A program made the translations under genes and the position numbers. From Convolutriloba macropyga (Eukaryota): a stretch of 64,000 nt of DNA. Positions within the stretch are counted from its first letter, which is position 1. The number at the start of each line of letters is the position of its first letter. The stretch covers positions 86,552,001 through 86,616,000 of the forward strand of contig NC_134468.1 of the NCBI RefSeq assembly GCF_964194025.1. The letters run 5' to 3'. The notes below the pieces were generated by a model that made no database searches, was not told the DNA's origin, and worked only from the letters and a program-made list of their open reading frames with translations. Of this stretch, positions 26,907-39,272 are shown in pieces.

Positions 26907-28326
26907 ATAATGGGAGCCGTGAAAAACAATGATGTTTGATGAACAAAAAGACAACTCTAAATTTTCAGCGCCTTTCCTGCAACAATTTTTGCTGCAAATT
27001 ATTGTAATTTAAATTTTTCAGGAATTTCTCTTTATATTTTTCGGTGCCCAATAAAAAATAATAACTTTTTCAAGAAATTTCATCAAACCACTACATCGCA
27101 AAAAAAGCTTTTTCAATATTTTCTTGTTTTTTTTTTTCTAGCATTTTTCTCAGCAAAAAATGTTTTCTTAGCGTTTCTATGCAGAGCATTCATCATTTGT
27201 TAAAAATTTTTCAGCTCTTTTTCAAAGCCAGATTGCGTTGTCATGAAATTTGTTTCAATTTTGTAATTCTGGAGCTCGTACAAAACATTGATTGTTCGTA
27301 TAGTGCAATTATTGGGGCAAATTAAATTGGACAAAATATGTATTCTCTGCAGATGCTAAAATTTAGTGGGGTCTACTTAGAATGGGCCCTGTAACAGAGC
27401 ACTGAAAACGTAAAAATTTTGAGAAAAACGCTCATATTTTATTTTCAGTGTTTTGCATTTTGCTACCAATTAACCATGTTAGACCGCAAAAGGAAAAAAG
27501 CTGGTTCTCTCATTATTAAAAACAATTACTTTTATTTCAATTTCTTTTTGGTTGGTTTAAAAAAATTAAATTTATATAAGAAAATGTTAATCTTTTGATG
27601 CAGTTTTTTTCACTTAAACTTATAGCAGCTATGAACCCGTGGCGGGATTATATTATTGTTTTCTTATGAAAAGTTTGTGTTTTTGAAAAACAATTTTAAC
27701 GAAAAAAAAATTATTTTGGTTGCTACTTCAAAACCTGTTAACGATTTGTTGGAAGTCGGAAAAGCTGAGTGACCTTCACTGTCGCCATTTACCTTTTTTA
27801 ATATGTCATAATCTGTTCTAATCTATAATTGTCTTTTTTAGTTTTTAATCTATTTTAATCTATTTTGATATTTTTGCTGTCTACGGTTGCACTAGAAAAT
27901 GTTTTAAATTCTGTCCTTAAGTTACGGTTAATGTTTTTTGTTTTTGCCATTTTTAACTTTTGTCATTTTCGTTTTTTAACTTTTGAAATCTTTTTAGGGC
28001 GTTCAATTAGTCCAAATTGGTTGCTATTGTAATCCACTGATTCCCCTTTCAAAAACGTGAACCTAAGCAATCTTTCTGGGGGGGGGGCTACCACAGGAAA
28101 ATTGGCAGTTTTGTTTTTTCTCTACTCAACTGTTTTGCTACGAAACTTTGGGCTTTTAGTTATTTGCGAAAAAAAGTTTGCACAGCTTTGCAGTAAATTG
28201 TCAAATTTAAATTGAAGAAGGTTGAAGTGAATTATTACTCAGGAAAAAACGGGAAAACATCAATTTCATTGATTTTGGTTGCAACGGACTAAAAAAGTTC
28301 CGGATAAAATTATAGCTTCTACGAAC

Positions 28327-28579
28327 GAAAAATCAGTGATGTTAACGAGATATGTTCCTGGTTGTTTGTGTTTCTCCTCAATCTGTTCACACATGGTCTC
28401 TGCCTGTAGCTTCCCGGCCTCGTTTCCAGCCTCCCTCGCCATCCCTGTATTCCATTCCAATTCCATCAAGGCTGCATTCACCCGGTGGATATTATGAGCG
28501 GCTGAATTTGCAACTGCTTCCCCGTTTTTTTTGGATTCTATTTTTGTTTCCCTTGGTCCGGAAATTGTCATTTTTAAAG
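28327..28579 (-). CDS. CAP/SCP domain protein, N-terminal exon (donor position uncertain)
   Basis: AAHNIHRVNAALMELEWNTGMAREA matches CAP 'HNxxR...MxxLxW...A..A'; branch-like CTAAC and acceptor TTTTCATAG upstream; candidate donor GTTCGT at 28326. Confidence 0.75.
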
Positions 28580-28777
28580 CTATGAAAATTGTCAAGATGT
28601 TCGGTTTTAGTTAGACAAAAACGACAAAAGCCCTTAATTTTTTTGTTCTGTGTCGTTGTTATGTTCACTTTTCCAACATAGGAAATCGCGGGTATTTAAT
28701 TCAGGTCTTGGTCATCCTAAACGACCCCGCGGCCGTAGTCAAGAGCGTACAGAACCTCCAAAAATTCCAGGAAAATT

Positions 28778-29062
28778 GAGTCTTTCCCATTATAGAACCC
28801 CCCATGAAATTAGGGCCCTCTTTATGGTATAATTANNNNNNNNNNNNNNNNNNNNNNNNNNNNNNNNNNNNNNNNNNNNNNNNNNNNNNNNNNNNNNNNN
28901 NNNNNNNNNNNNNNNNNNNNNNNNNNNNNNNNNNNNNNNNNNNNNNNNNNNNNNNNNNNNNNNNNNNNNNNNNNNNNNNNNNNNNNNNNNNNNNNNNNNN
29001 NNNNNNNNNNNNNNNNNNNNNNNNNNNNNNNNNNNNNNNNNNNNNNNNNNNNNNNNNGACCC
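28778..29062 (+). mobile_element. MITE (GGGTCTTTCCCA family) spanning the N gap at 28836-29057
   Basis: GAGTCTTTCCCATTATAG..CCCCCATGAAATT matches 56304 onward; GACCC follows the gap; flanks GGAAAATT/AGAAAATA. Confidence 0.7.
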
Positions 29063-29598
29063 AGAAAATAACTTGCGTTGAGATTTGATAACGTGATACC
29101 GGGAATTTTTTTGTGTTAGATTGTTGAGATCTACCCGAGAAAAATTCATACTAGACATCTTACGGGAGAAAAGTTTGTGAATCAGTGGGTAAATCATGTC
29201 TGATCCGAAGTTAGTTATTGAAAAACTAAGGGCAAACCAAATAGTCAACGCTCAACGCTTGTTTAAGTTTTTTCTAAAGTCAAAGGTGTATCTTTTTTAC
29301 ATTTTTAATTAATTTATTTGAATAAATCTTGCAAGACCACCATGGTCCTTCTTAACAACTTAGTTTCATTTAAGACATCAAAGTTCAAATGAAACAGGTC
29401 ATTGAAAAGTTAACGCTTATCTCATGTATTCAGTTTCCTTAGCCTTCTCGTCTTCTTCGACAAACGTTGGAATTTTTTCCACGGACTGCTATTTTACCAA
29501 ATGGCTGTCCTGCAAAATAGTGCTTGCTATATGTTATATCAATCAAGTCACATAGAGTCGGCGTTCAGAGAAGAAGGGGGTCACCTAAAAGACTTTCC

Positions 29599-29778
29599 GG
29601 ATCTTTTCCGTTTGTGCCCCCAGTACGTTATGCACCCCCCCCCCCCCCCCCCCCAGTTACAGAGCAGGTGCCATTACACAATGAATCATTATGCAAATAT
29701 ATGGTTCGTGCGTCTAGGGGAAGCAAATAATATGCGCCCACTAAGCTGGGAGGGGGGGGGGGGGCACCCGAAAGGTCC
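29599..29778 (+). mobile_element. MITE with GG termini and a perfect 8-bp TSD GACTTTCC
   Basis: TSD at 29591-29598 and 29779-29786; left TIR GGATCTTTTCCGTTTGTGCCCC; subterminal CCCACTAAGCTGGG. Confidence 0.85.
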
Positions 29779-30059
29779 GACTTTCCATTCTCCAGGCGGG
29801 GAAAAATTTTAAACTTTTACTTATAGAAGAGCAGAGGGAAACAGTTTCCTAAAATGGTGTCCTGAAACGAGCAGTAAACGATGATGAAATAGTTGAAGGC
29901 GGAGAATAATTGAAGCGATAAAAGTTTAGAAGACATCTTAAAGTTACTGTACTGAAAAAAATGAGCAAATGCTCTGACTTCTCAAAACTGACTTCTAATC
30001 ATGTCTCTATTTCTTGATGACCTAAAAATGCATTATGTATCATCAGAGGCACCAGAGTC

Positions 30060-30187
30060 GACGCCCCCAGTTTCAAATTATATGTTGTTATATAACACGT
30101 TACTATTTTAAATATAGCACGTGCACCTGGGGGGCATAAAAAATATAAGCCCACTAAGCTTTAGTTGGGGCGAAACAAAATATATCC
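30060..30187 (+). mobile_element. 5'-truncated MITE copy
   Basis: GCACGTGCAC...AGCCCACTAAGCT...GGGGCGAAACAAAATATATCC. Confidence 0.7.
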
Positions 30188-30250
30188 TATTTTTTTTTTT
30201 TCGTTTTGCGATCTTAATACATCGGAGAGAGCTCTTCCAATCGGAATTTG

Positions 30251-30428
30251 GGATCTATTCTGCTTGCCCCCTCCCCCCGCAGTGTTTTTCACGACCCCTC
30301 CCCCCACTAGTGTCAACTTATATATTGTTATATAGCACGTAACTGTGTAGAACATATCACGCGCGTTTAGTGGGCGTAAAAGATATAAGCCCACTAAGAT
30401 GGGGGGGGGGGCAAAACAGAATAGATCA
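30251..30428 (+). mobile_element. MITE (TIR GGATCTATTCTG)
   Basis: GGATCTATTCTGCTTGCCCC ... GGGGCAAAACAGAATAGATC; flanks GGAATTTG/TGAATTCG. Confidence 0.8.
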
Positions 30429-31034
30429 TGAATTCGCTTGCGCGTTTTTGCCGCCCGTTAGCAATTATTACCATAAAGGGAAAATTGGCGAAATACAAAA
30501 ATGTTGGTATTAAGTCATTTAAGAGGTTATTAAAGGACATTTGAGTAAGTAAAATCCAATATCCTTCAATGTACTAATGTATCGTGGAAATGTAATCTAT
30601 TATACGGCGGACTGTGGAAGGGTATAAGAGAAAAATATTACAGATTCAAAAATACAGTTGTACTTCACAGCAAATGGGTCAAAACCATTAAATAGAAAAC
30701 GCAAAAAAAAACTTTCAATAACATGCAAGTTTTGATATTTTCATCTTATAATTCAACAGAGGTCGTCATCGCAGCTTGCCACCGAAATTAGACACTAAAA
30801 CAAAATTTTTCTGTGTTTTGAGTTCTTAAAAGCCACATAAAATAATAAAAAGAAAACAAAATTCCATATATGCCTGTCTAACTATGAGATCGGAATTGTC
30901 CGGTGTTCAAAGCTGCTCACTGCCGTTTCTGTGAAACGAAAGTTGAAGAACAACAGCTTCTGCTAAATTTGAAAAGATTCCAAATATTTGTTGTCTTTGT
31001 TTTCTCAAAAACTAATTAGCGTATTTCGGCTCCT

Positions 31035-31203
31035 GGATCTTTTTTGTTTGTAACCCTGCCTCCAGTACGTTATGCGCCCCCAGTTAGAGAGCACGTTCCA
31101 TTACATAGTAAATCATTATGTAAAAATATGGCACGTGCGTCGGGGGGATGCAAATAATATGCGCCCACTAAGCTGGGGGGTGGGGCACAAACGGAAAAGA
31201 TCC
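31035..31203 (+). mobile_element. MITE (TIR GGATCTTTTCCGTTTGTG subfamily)
   Basis: Closely resembles 29599-29778; right TIR GGGGCACAAACGGAAAAGATCC. Confidence 0.8.
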
Positions 31204-32671
31204 CAAGTCCTGTCTGCTAACCCAAGAAAGTTTTTAGAGATTTTTGCCAAATGTAGAGATATCTGTTATCCACGCTCCCTGTTTAAAAAAAAATATGAGA
31301 AATTTTATAAAAATTTGTTGGAAATCTTATTTTTTTCTTAAATGTAAGTACAACACATGAACTATTCCTTTTCCGTAAATCATATAACGAAACACGAATC
31401 TCATCTATTAATATAAGGTGTGAGGAATGGGCATGGGGCTTTTTGCATGTACCCCTGTATATACTCAATGTTTGGTACGCTGTTGGTGGGTTCTAACCTA
31501 TACCCAACGTAGCTCTCAATGGTACGCCGAAGGGGGACTCGATTGCTATTTAAATTTCCCATTGTTTGGTACGATAATTTGAGTTGCTATGTTCCCCACC
31601 CTGATGTTATTTTGGGCTCCGCACAGAATTCTATACTAAGCTGTAGAAATTGACTGATTTGGAACACAAATTGAGGTTTTGAGGTTCTATTGGTTCCCGG
31701 TCTTCGTTCGTTTGCCACGAGACAATTATTTCATTTCTGAACACTCTCGACTCCCTCAAATGAATTATAGAAATGCCTACAGCTTGACAAATGCCAAAGG
31801 TTTTGTTTTTAGTTTATCCTTATTAAAAAACGGTCGTGTGCCCGAATTACCTAAGTTTTCCCAGGCTAAAACTTTTCCTCCTCAAAATTTTTCCAAGCAG
31901 GTGTGCGCTCAAAGATATCCTAATCAGAAATTGTTTGAAAATGATCGGATAAAATTAAGTGAAGCAAATTTTGCACTTAATTTAGTTTTTATTTATAGAC
32001 CAAAAGTTAACTTAAACTACTGTACGACACATTTTCAAAGAAAATTCATAAATGGCTGAAGGCTTTACAAGACTATTTTATCAGGAATGTAAACCTTGTT
32101 TGAAATGTCTGTCAAGTTCAGCTGGTTAGAGGTTTTTCTTTTACACTTTCACAAACGGTCGGCAAGAAAGCTTTAATTTCGATTAATCTTCACCCAATAT
32201 TTATAACTAAAACTACTGAAATTTCAGTTAGTTCTATTTTTTTCATTTCATGAAACGTAAAACTTCAAACCACCATGAATATTTTGATTTAGATATCGTG
32301 CCAGATATTAGCCATATTACCATAATCTTATACACCCTAGATATTTCACATTCTCCAATCAAATAAACAATTTGTCCTTCTAAATAATTGTACAGAAACA
32401 CAACTTACATTTCAAAACTAGCATTAACATTTTAAACCAAACAATAAATAAGCTGTCAGTTTTGTAACAAATACTTTTCGATTGAGGTTAATTAAAGTTC
32501 TTATTTGCTCAATTTTGTCATTTCGACGACCTTCGAAAGAGAATTTCAAATTCAAAATCACCATTTGTACGGCAGAAATAACATTTATTATCTAAATTTT
32601 CAGAGAAGATATCTATTTTTTTTAAAAAATTTATTGAGTCTATACCATCAATCAGTATTTAATCTGTGGAT

Positions 32672-34159
32672 ATGGAGGATTATTCCGAGAACCGGAGTTA
32701 CCGTTGTCGCGAGATTTTGACAGTTATTTTGGCATTATCGTATCAATTTCTATTCGGCATTTATCTCACAATAACCGAACCCTTATTCCCTTTAAACGCC
32801 GACGAAAAGGGAATATCCCGAACAGTGGTCGGGCTAATTTCGGGAAGTTCGGACATCGCTTCGGCTCTATGCGGGCTCTTATTCCCTCAAATTGTTCATT
32901 TGATTAACATGAAAACATTTTTCTGGATAGGTTTGGGTTTATTAGCATGCTCTAACCTCCTTTTTGGGCTTATAACCTTTATAAATGTTAACGCTCTCTA
33001 CATAACAAGCGCATTAATTTTGAGAATTTTAATCGGAATCGGTTATTCGGCTTGTTGGGCGTCACTTTTCCCAATTCTGCTGGCTATTTACCCCGAGCGG
33101 ACTGGGCTGATGTCGGGTTTAACCGTCATAGCTTTCGAAAGCGGGTCAATTTTAGGGCCAATCGCTGCAAGTGTGTTTTACAAAATTCACGGCTTTTCCT
33201 TGCCTTATTTGGTTACGGGATCGTTAGGCTTAGTGGTCACTGTAATGTGTATTTTGTTCATGCTTCCTCAACACAAATACCGTTCAGATAAGTCTCGAAA
33301 GCGGCGAGAAAACCGAAAGATCGCCAAGCCGAAAAATACTTCGGAGGGACAACCGCTGGTTAAAAGCCAGGATTTTTCAAACAGTAGCCAGAAAAACAGT
33401 CGATTGATGATGAAAACTGTGTGTACGTCTTCAAAAATTGCAATCTGTACAATTCCATACGCTATTAATTATTCATTACTTGGAGTTTTAGCCGTCTTTT
33501 TTTCGCCATTTCTGCTGAACGTGGTCGGGGTTGAACAAACTTCGGTTGGGCTTTATTTCATACCCCACGCAGTTTTAGCCCTAATTTTTTCACCTCTAGT
33601 TGGCTATTTAGTTGACTTGAAGTTTAAATGGACAATATTTTTCATTTCACCAGTTTTGGGAATTTTGGGGTGTTTATTACTCGCGGTGTTATTGTTTTAT
33701 TCTGGGCATTATTCGAACGTTTTTCTGTTTTCTGGGCTTATTTTGGCGAGAGGTGTGAGCTATATAACCGGATATGTAGCTGGTCTAGTGATATTGCACG
33801 ACGTATTTGAGCAAGAATTAGCAACTTCAAGCGCTTCCGAGTATCGTTTCCTAATGTCGGCGTGGACAAACACCTGGTCAAAAGCTGGGGTGACTTTCGG
33901 AAGTATTTTCATTGGCGGGTTCGTGTTCGATTTCTTGGGCTATAAAGGCGCGATTGCGTTTGAATGTGGTATGTTTACGTTATCGATAATTTTATCGGTC
34001 GTATCTTACTGGCTGGTTTCTGTGAAAGGGGGTGATTCGAAATCGAGATACCTGAAAAATGGTTATGAGTTAGGTCAAAGAAAGGAAACAGGAGAAAAGA
34101 TTGAAAGGGAAAGAGCTGATGAGCAAGATTCTCTCTTGACTGAAACTTATGAGACCTGA
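32672..34159 (+). CDS. Intronless MFS transporter, SLC18B1-like (vesicular amine/polyamine transporter family)
   Basis: 495-aa ORF from ATG 32672 with about 12 hydrophobic segments and a basic central loop. PLFPLNADEKGISRTVVGLISG, LILRILIGIG and GSILGPIAASVFYKIHGFSLPY align by recall with SLC18B1 motifs. AATAAA lies ~10 bp after the stop. Confidence 0.9.
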   Translation: MEDYSENRSYRCREILTVILALSYQFLFGIYLTITEPLFPLNADEKGISRTVVGLISGSSDIASALCGLLFPQIVHLINMKTFFWIGLGLLACSNLLFGLITFINVNALYITSALILRILIGIGYSACWASLFPILLAIYPERTGLMSGLTVIAFESGSILGPIAASVFYKIHGFSLPYLVTGSLGLVVTVMCILFMLPQHKYRSDKSRKRRENRKIAKPKNTSEGQPLVKSQDFSNSSQKNSRLMMKTVCTSSKIAICTIPYAINYSLLGVLAVFFSPFLLNVVGVEQTSVGLYFIPHAVLALIFSPLVGYLVDLKFKWTIFFISPVLGILGCLLLAVLLFYSGHYSNVFLFSGLILARGVSYITGYVAGLVILHDVFEQELATSSASEYRFLMSAWTNTWSKAGVTFGSIFIGGFVFDFLGYKGAIAFECGMFTLSIILSVVSYWLVSVKGGDSKSRYLKNGYELGQRKETGEKIERERADEQDSLLTETYET

Positions 34160-34468
34160 AGAATTGAAATAAACTTTTTAATTAGCTTTTGATCAATTAA
34201 TTCTAAGTTATATCATCCATACGATTTATGTTTAAATTGCAAAGTTGGATATTTTTTTTAAAGCTCATGTGTCTGAAATTGAAGATACGAACTAACTTTG
34301 ACGAACTGAAAATCATTTTACAAGTCAAAAAAATTTATTTTGCGTGACGAACTTCATAATTGCACGCGACTTGATTTTGAAGTAGCGAACAAACTAATTT
34401 ACTGTGAAAAGTACATTACTGTGAATTTACTGGAAACTGAAGTCGATCAAATTATTATTTTTTCCTCA

Positions 34469-34648
34469 CCCAGGTTGAGGTGGCCAGACCGAAGTGACCC
34501 CTGATCAGACGAGTTTCGAGCGCACACATGTTCCCGGGGCGCTCGAACTACATGGTCTGGAAAAAAACTTTGAGCGCACTTTCGTCTGGACAATGGTCTG
34601 GATCTTGTCTGATCAGGGGTCACTTCTGTCTGGCTACCTCAACCTGGG
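34469..34648. mobile_element. MITE with ~42-bp TIRs (CCCAGGTTGAGGT.GCCAGAC.GAAGTGACCCCTGATCAGAC); related fragments at 34885-35120
   Basis: Inverted match between 34469-34510 and 34607-34648. Confidence 0.85.
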
Positions 34649-37600
34649 TATTGTTTGGTTTCAAAGACGACATGAGGGTACAGATTTTCAGTAAACATAA
34701 ATCCATGCAATGCGTTCATCTTCAGTATGGACATACTCGCTTAGGGACTTTAACCTGGGTGATATCTGGACACGTTTATTGCTAAGAAATTTTTTTTCAT
34801 TGATATCTTACTGTTTTATGTATTGTCATGTATGTTCGTGCAATACTTTCGTTATTGAAGATCTGCAGAGATCATCCATGCATATGGTCTGGGACAATAT
34901 TTCGAGCGCACTTTAGTGTGGACAATGGTCTGGAACTCGTCTGGACAATGGTCTGGAACTTGTCTGATCAGGGGTCACTTCGGTCTGGAACTCGTCTGAT
35001 CGGAGGCGGCTTCGTGCGCACTTCGAGCGCACAATGATCTTCGAGAGCACACTCGTCTAATCAGAGGTCATTTCGGTCTGGGACGGTCTGATCAGAGGTG
35101 CCACTTGTCTGGGACGGTCTTTGCGGATCATTATGCGGATCAGTGACCTTAAAACTATACACTGGGAGGGAATTTTAGTTCAAAATTTACAGCAACAAAA
35201 TTATAAAAATGGATTGTTTTTCAGCCGTGCGGTTTTGGATTGAATTCTGGCTTTGTCCTTCTTTTTAAAATAATGTTAAATTTTTACGTAGCAGATACAA
35301 AAAAAAAATCTGTTTTCATCTATAAGCGCAATTAATGAGAGGTTCTTTTCATGTTCAAGTGAGGTCCACTGAATGAATATTATGTTTTCTGAGTAACGCT
35401 TCTGATTTTCATGACTCCGACAAAGTGGATTTGCAACATTTAGTGGATTTTTAATTTGGCCAGCATTGGTCTTCTCTTTTTGGGCTTATGACTCATTCAC
35501 AATAATCGAAGGTCTTATTAAAGATCTAATGAACTAATAAAGAACAAATATACTTACAATTGATACATAATGGTGTTGCGCTACCATAACTCGATAATTA
35601 TCCAAAAATCTTCATTTTTTGATATTTTGACTTTATGTCAATTTAGCTATTTCGGTAAAATTTGGTGCAACTGTTTGTTTCAATAGACGAGCAGCCATAG
35701 CAAGATTTTTGTTTTGCTAATTACAGACCAGAATAAGTTCAAATCAAAACTCATTTTTTGACAAAAATGAAATAAAGTGCAAGTGAACGTCTGTGTACAT
35801 ACTTTTTAATCTCAGCGAAAACCTTATGGATGTTTTGGCTTCAAAATTAATTGCGGAAAATTGTTGGTGATTTTTTGAGTTCGTACTGCTTATATTCGCT
35901 GTTATTTTGTATTCTTTTGACTAACTTTTTTAGTTGAAAAATGCGGTTGTTACGGCCTTTTGCTTCAAAAGAAGTTAATAATTTTTAGAATTCATTTTTT
36001 ATGTATCTTTTTCTGTCACTTTGTTTTTTATCGTTATCTTAGCAAACAAAGAAGTCGCAACTTCTTCAAAATGAACTATAATATGGTCTTCATTGCTGTT
36101 TTATCGATTAAGAAGAAGATTTTTGGCTTTGATACTGCAGGTTTTCGTAAGCTTTCTGTTTATTTTCGGGTTTTTTTATAAGGCTCTCTTTCATTGTCTT
36201 GTCATATAACCACATCAATGAGACATCAAATTTCACATTAAATGCGTCATTGTAGGCGCAGTTGGTTTTATTTAGAGTCTAATATCCGAATTTAATAGAT
36301 TGTGATTTTATGGGCTTCGACACCACTCTCTCACAAAATTTTCGTTTTTTGTCTTTAATAGTTCTTTTTTAATTGTTTGACATTCGGGATATTGACTGTT
36401 CTCAACAACTTTCTATGCGAAGTAAATTGAAGCTATTTATTTTTTCAGATTATAGCTAATGATTTTCATAACCTCGAATTTAATTCTTCTACAAAAATAA
36501 AAACGCAATTTTTAACTTTGCCCTATTTGTTTCTCTTTGTCTAGATGTTAACAATAAAGACTGGTCTCATATGTTCACTGGTGAAACAGAGGCCCGCTTT
36601 TGTTTGGTTCAGTTTTCATCTGACGTTTTTTTGACTGTTATTGTTTAAAAATGTACAGAAAGCTGAAAGAATAGATGCTTGAGTTCTTTTCGTAGTTAAT
36701 TCTTGGGTTTTTTGGTTTTGTGGTATTTCTTTTTTTAAGTCGTCCTAATGATAAACATTATCGGACTTTTTTTGAGAACTTTTTGTAAATTTGTACAGTG
36801 GTTTAAATTTAAAGCGTTTTTAAAATGGATACATCTGTTCGATTTTTTGAGAGTTTTCGGTCTCTTCCTCTTTTGATTGACTATTAACACTGCAGTGTTG
36901 TTGGTTGAGTTTGGGAAAGGTATCTGGGAAGGGACACTGCAGAGCGTCCTTGAGCCAATTATGTTTATGGATACATACAGTGAAAAATATAAATTGGAAC
37001 ATTTAGTTAAATTTATCAAGATAGGATTCACAGCGAAAAGTGATAAGCCTAAAAATCATTACTGGTTCTGTATAAAAAAACTGCTGTAATCGATATTTTG
37101 CTATTAAAGTGTAAAATTTCTTCGTGCCAAGTCATTTTTGCTGTAAACTATAGCACGGCGTTTTTTTAACGTCTAGTAACAAAATGTTCTGCTGGTGAAA
37201 CTGAAAAACATTTTTTTATTCGACGGTAATTTGATTGCATAGCTACCACATTGCGTCACTTTTCAAACGGATGGATACTGATTGCTATCTCCTTTTTTTC
37301 TGCTAGTTTTTTGAGAATCTGTCAATTTAGATGAATCGAATCGTTAATGATAGTCTCTTTGGTTTAGCGTTTAACACAAGAGGGTTGATCGATTTTTTGA
37401 ACCCATTTTCTGGCTGAAATTTTTGCTGTTTTCTTTCGAAAACTCTTCTTTCTTTCGTTTTTTTAAATTGCACAAACATGCTTCCTTGGAACAATTTATT
37501 CAAATTAGCCATTAGAGCAAACATAAAAACAGTTGACTTGTTCACTTAGATGAGGATGGTTTTCTAGAAATTGTTCTGGAACAAAAATTTAGACGGCTTT

Positions 37601-38268
37601 TTGAGAAATTAAATCAAAATTTATCCTGTTTTTAAATGTTTCTGTAATATAGAATTTGGCTAGCAGATTCACTGCTAGGCATCAATCTTTTTTCTGTAGA
37701 AAAATTTTAGTGCCAATAAATTTTTCTTAATTTTTGATTTTTAAGGCGCAAATTTGATCAAATTTGCTTTTCAGTTCAAATTTTTTTCGGGAAATTTGGA
37801 CTCCGAATTCTATATGCAACTTTTTCTCGTTGATGTTTCAATGTTCCTGAAAACTTTTCAAGTTGTTTGTTATTTTACTGAAAAATTGTGAAGACACAAC
37901 CAAAATTAAGCTTGTTTTGTTTGTGTTAATATATTTTGCTGGCTCGCAAAATTTTCAGTTTTGGTGTACAATTTGATGCGCACCTAGATATCAACACACA
38001 GTACATTCGCATGAACTGTGTCAACAATTAGTTCATTTTGTATTCCACTTTCTCAGTTTTTGAATCCAAAAAGAAGAACTTAGCTTAATTTTTCAGAAAA
38101 ACTTAATTAAATTTTTGATCTGCAGTTTGATCGATAGTAAGGATTTTTGTACAGGCTCCTTTTTTTCAGTTCCACTAATTTTGTTGTTAATTTTTTAGAA
38201 AAAGTTTTTGAATTTCATCTCTATTTTATCTCAGTACTTTTTCGGGCTATGACACTTATCAAACAATT

Positions 38269-38431
38269 GGATCTATTCTGTTTCGGTCCCTACCCCAATG
38301 TGTTTTACGCCCCCACTTACAAATCATATGTTGTTTTACAGCACGTTACTATGTAAGACAACAGCACGTGCGCTTGGGAGTGTAAAAAATATGAGCCCAC
38401 TAAGCTGGGGGGGGCGAAACAGAAAAAATCC
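38269..38431 (+). mobile_element. MITE (TIR GGATCTATTCTGTTTCG), TSD AAACAATT/AAATAATT
   Basis: TIRs plus a 7/8 matching TSD. Confidence 0.85.
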
Positions 38432-39272
38432 AAATAATTTTTGGTTTCTATCATACGTCGTGTTGTTAAGCCTACAAAAAAACACTGTGTTTTTTGTCGG
38501 GTACGTTGTTGGAAAAAAATCACTTTCAACATATTTGCCAACAATGGATTTTTATTCCTAATTTTTAGCGTTTTTTAATATTTTGCAGTTTTTGCAAACT
38601 TGTAAACGCTTGTTACTGTGCTTTAATTTTGTTTAATGAAACAGTGGTCTCAAATTGTCCTGGTGGAAAAGATTTTTCATAGTTCCATCCATAAAAAGAT
38701 GTTTGTAGCCTTATAAGGTGGCGCTTCCGCATATCAAAGGTTTCTAGATTGCATAGTCTTGTATAAAATGTTTAGTTTAATTGATTACGCTCTACATTTT
38801 CGAGTGTGACGTATCTAAACACTCTTTACTTGCCTGACGTTTAAATTTCAATTAAAAAATTTTTAAAACAAGGATTTTTTTCAATCAAATTGTTTAATAG
38901 AACCAATTGATCTTTTACTGAAGAAACAAACGAAACCTCAAGCATTGCTCTATAAGAACTCCAGTAACCAAGAGACATGTCATCATTATCACTTTTTACT
39001 ATCTACAAAGACTCTTTTCTTTTGCAAATTGAAATTTGCAACATTTGCATTTTTTTCTTCAGTTCCACGTAATAGTGTGCTGTTTTGGCATTTGTTTTTA
39101 AATAAAAAATTAAGTAAAGAACTGTTGCGCACAAAATTGTGCTGGCCATAATAACTTGAAAAAAAAAGAAACTAGAACCATGATTAAATCGTACGCTAGA
39201 TCAGTGCTGTTTCATTTTGAACTCCAAATCTACGTGCCCCTAAATTTACTTCTACTGAACCATGTTTGATAT

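Noticed and set aside
29417-29485. Minus-strand peptide SVEKIPTFVEEDEKAKETEYMR*
   Set aside because: Only 22 codons, weak acceptor and an in-frame stop just upstream; no support as an exon.
36877-37089. Short ORF with a protein-like stretch (FGKGIWEGTLQSVLEP)
   Set aside because: No ATG at the start, no clear splice borders and no recognisable domain; lies among repeat fragments.
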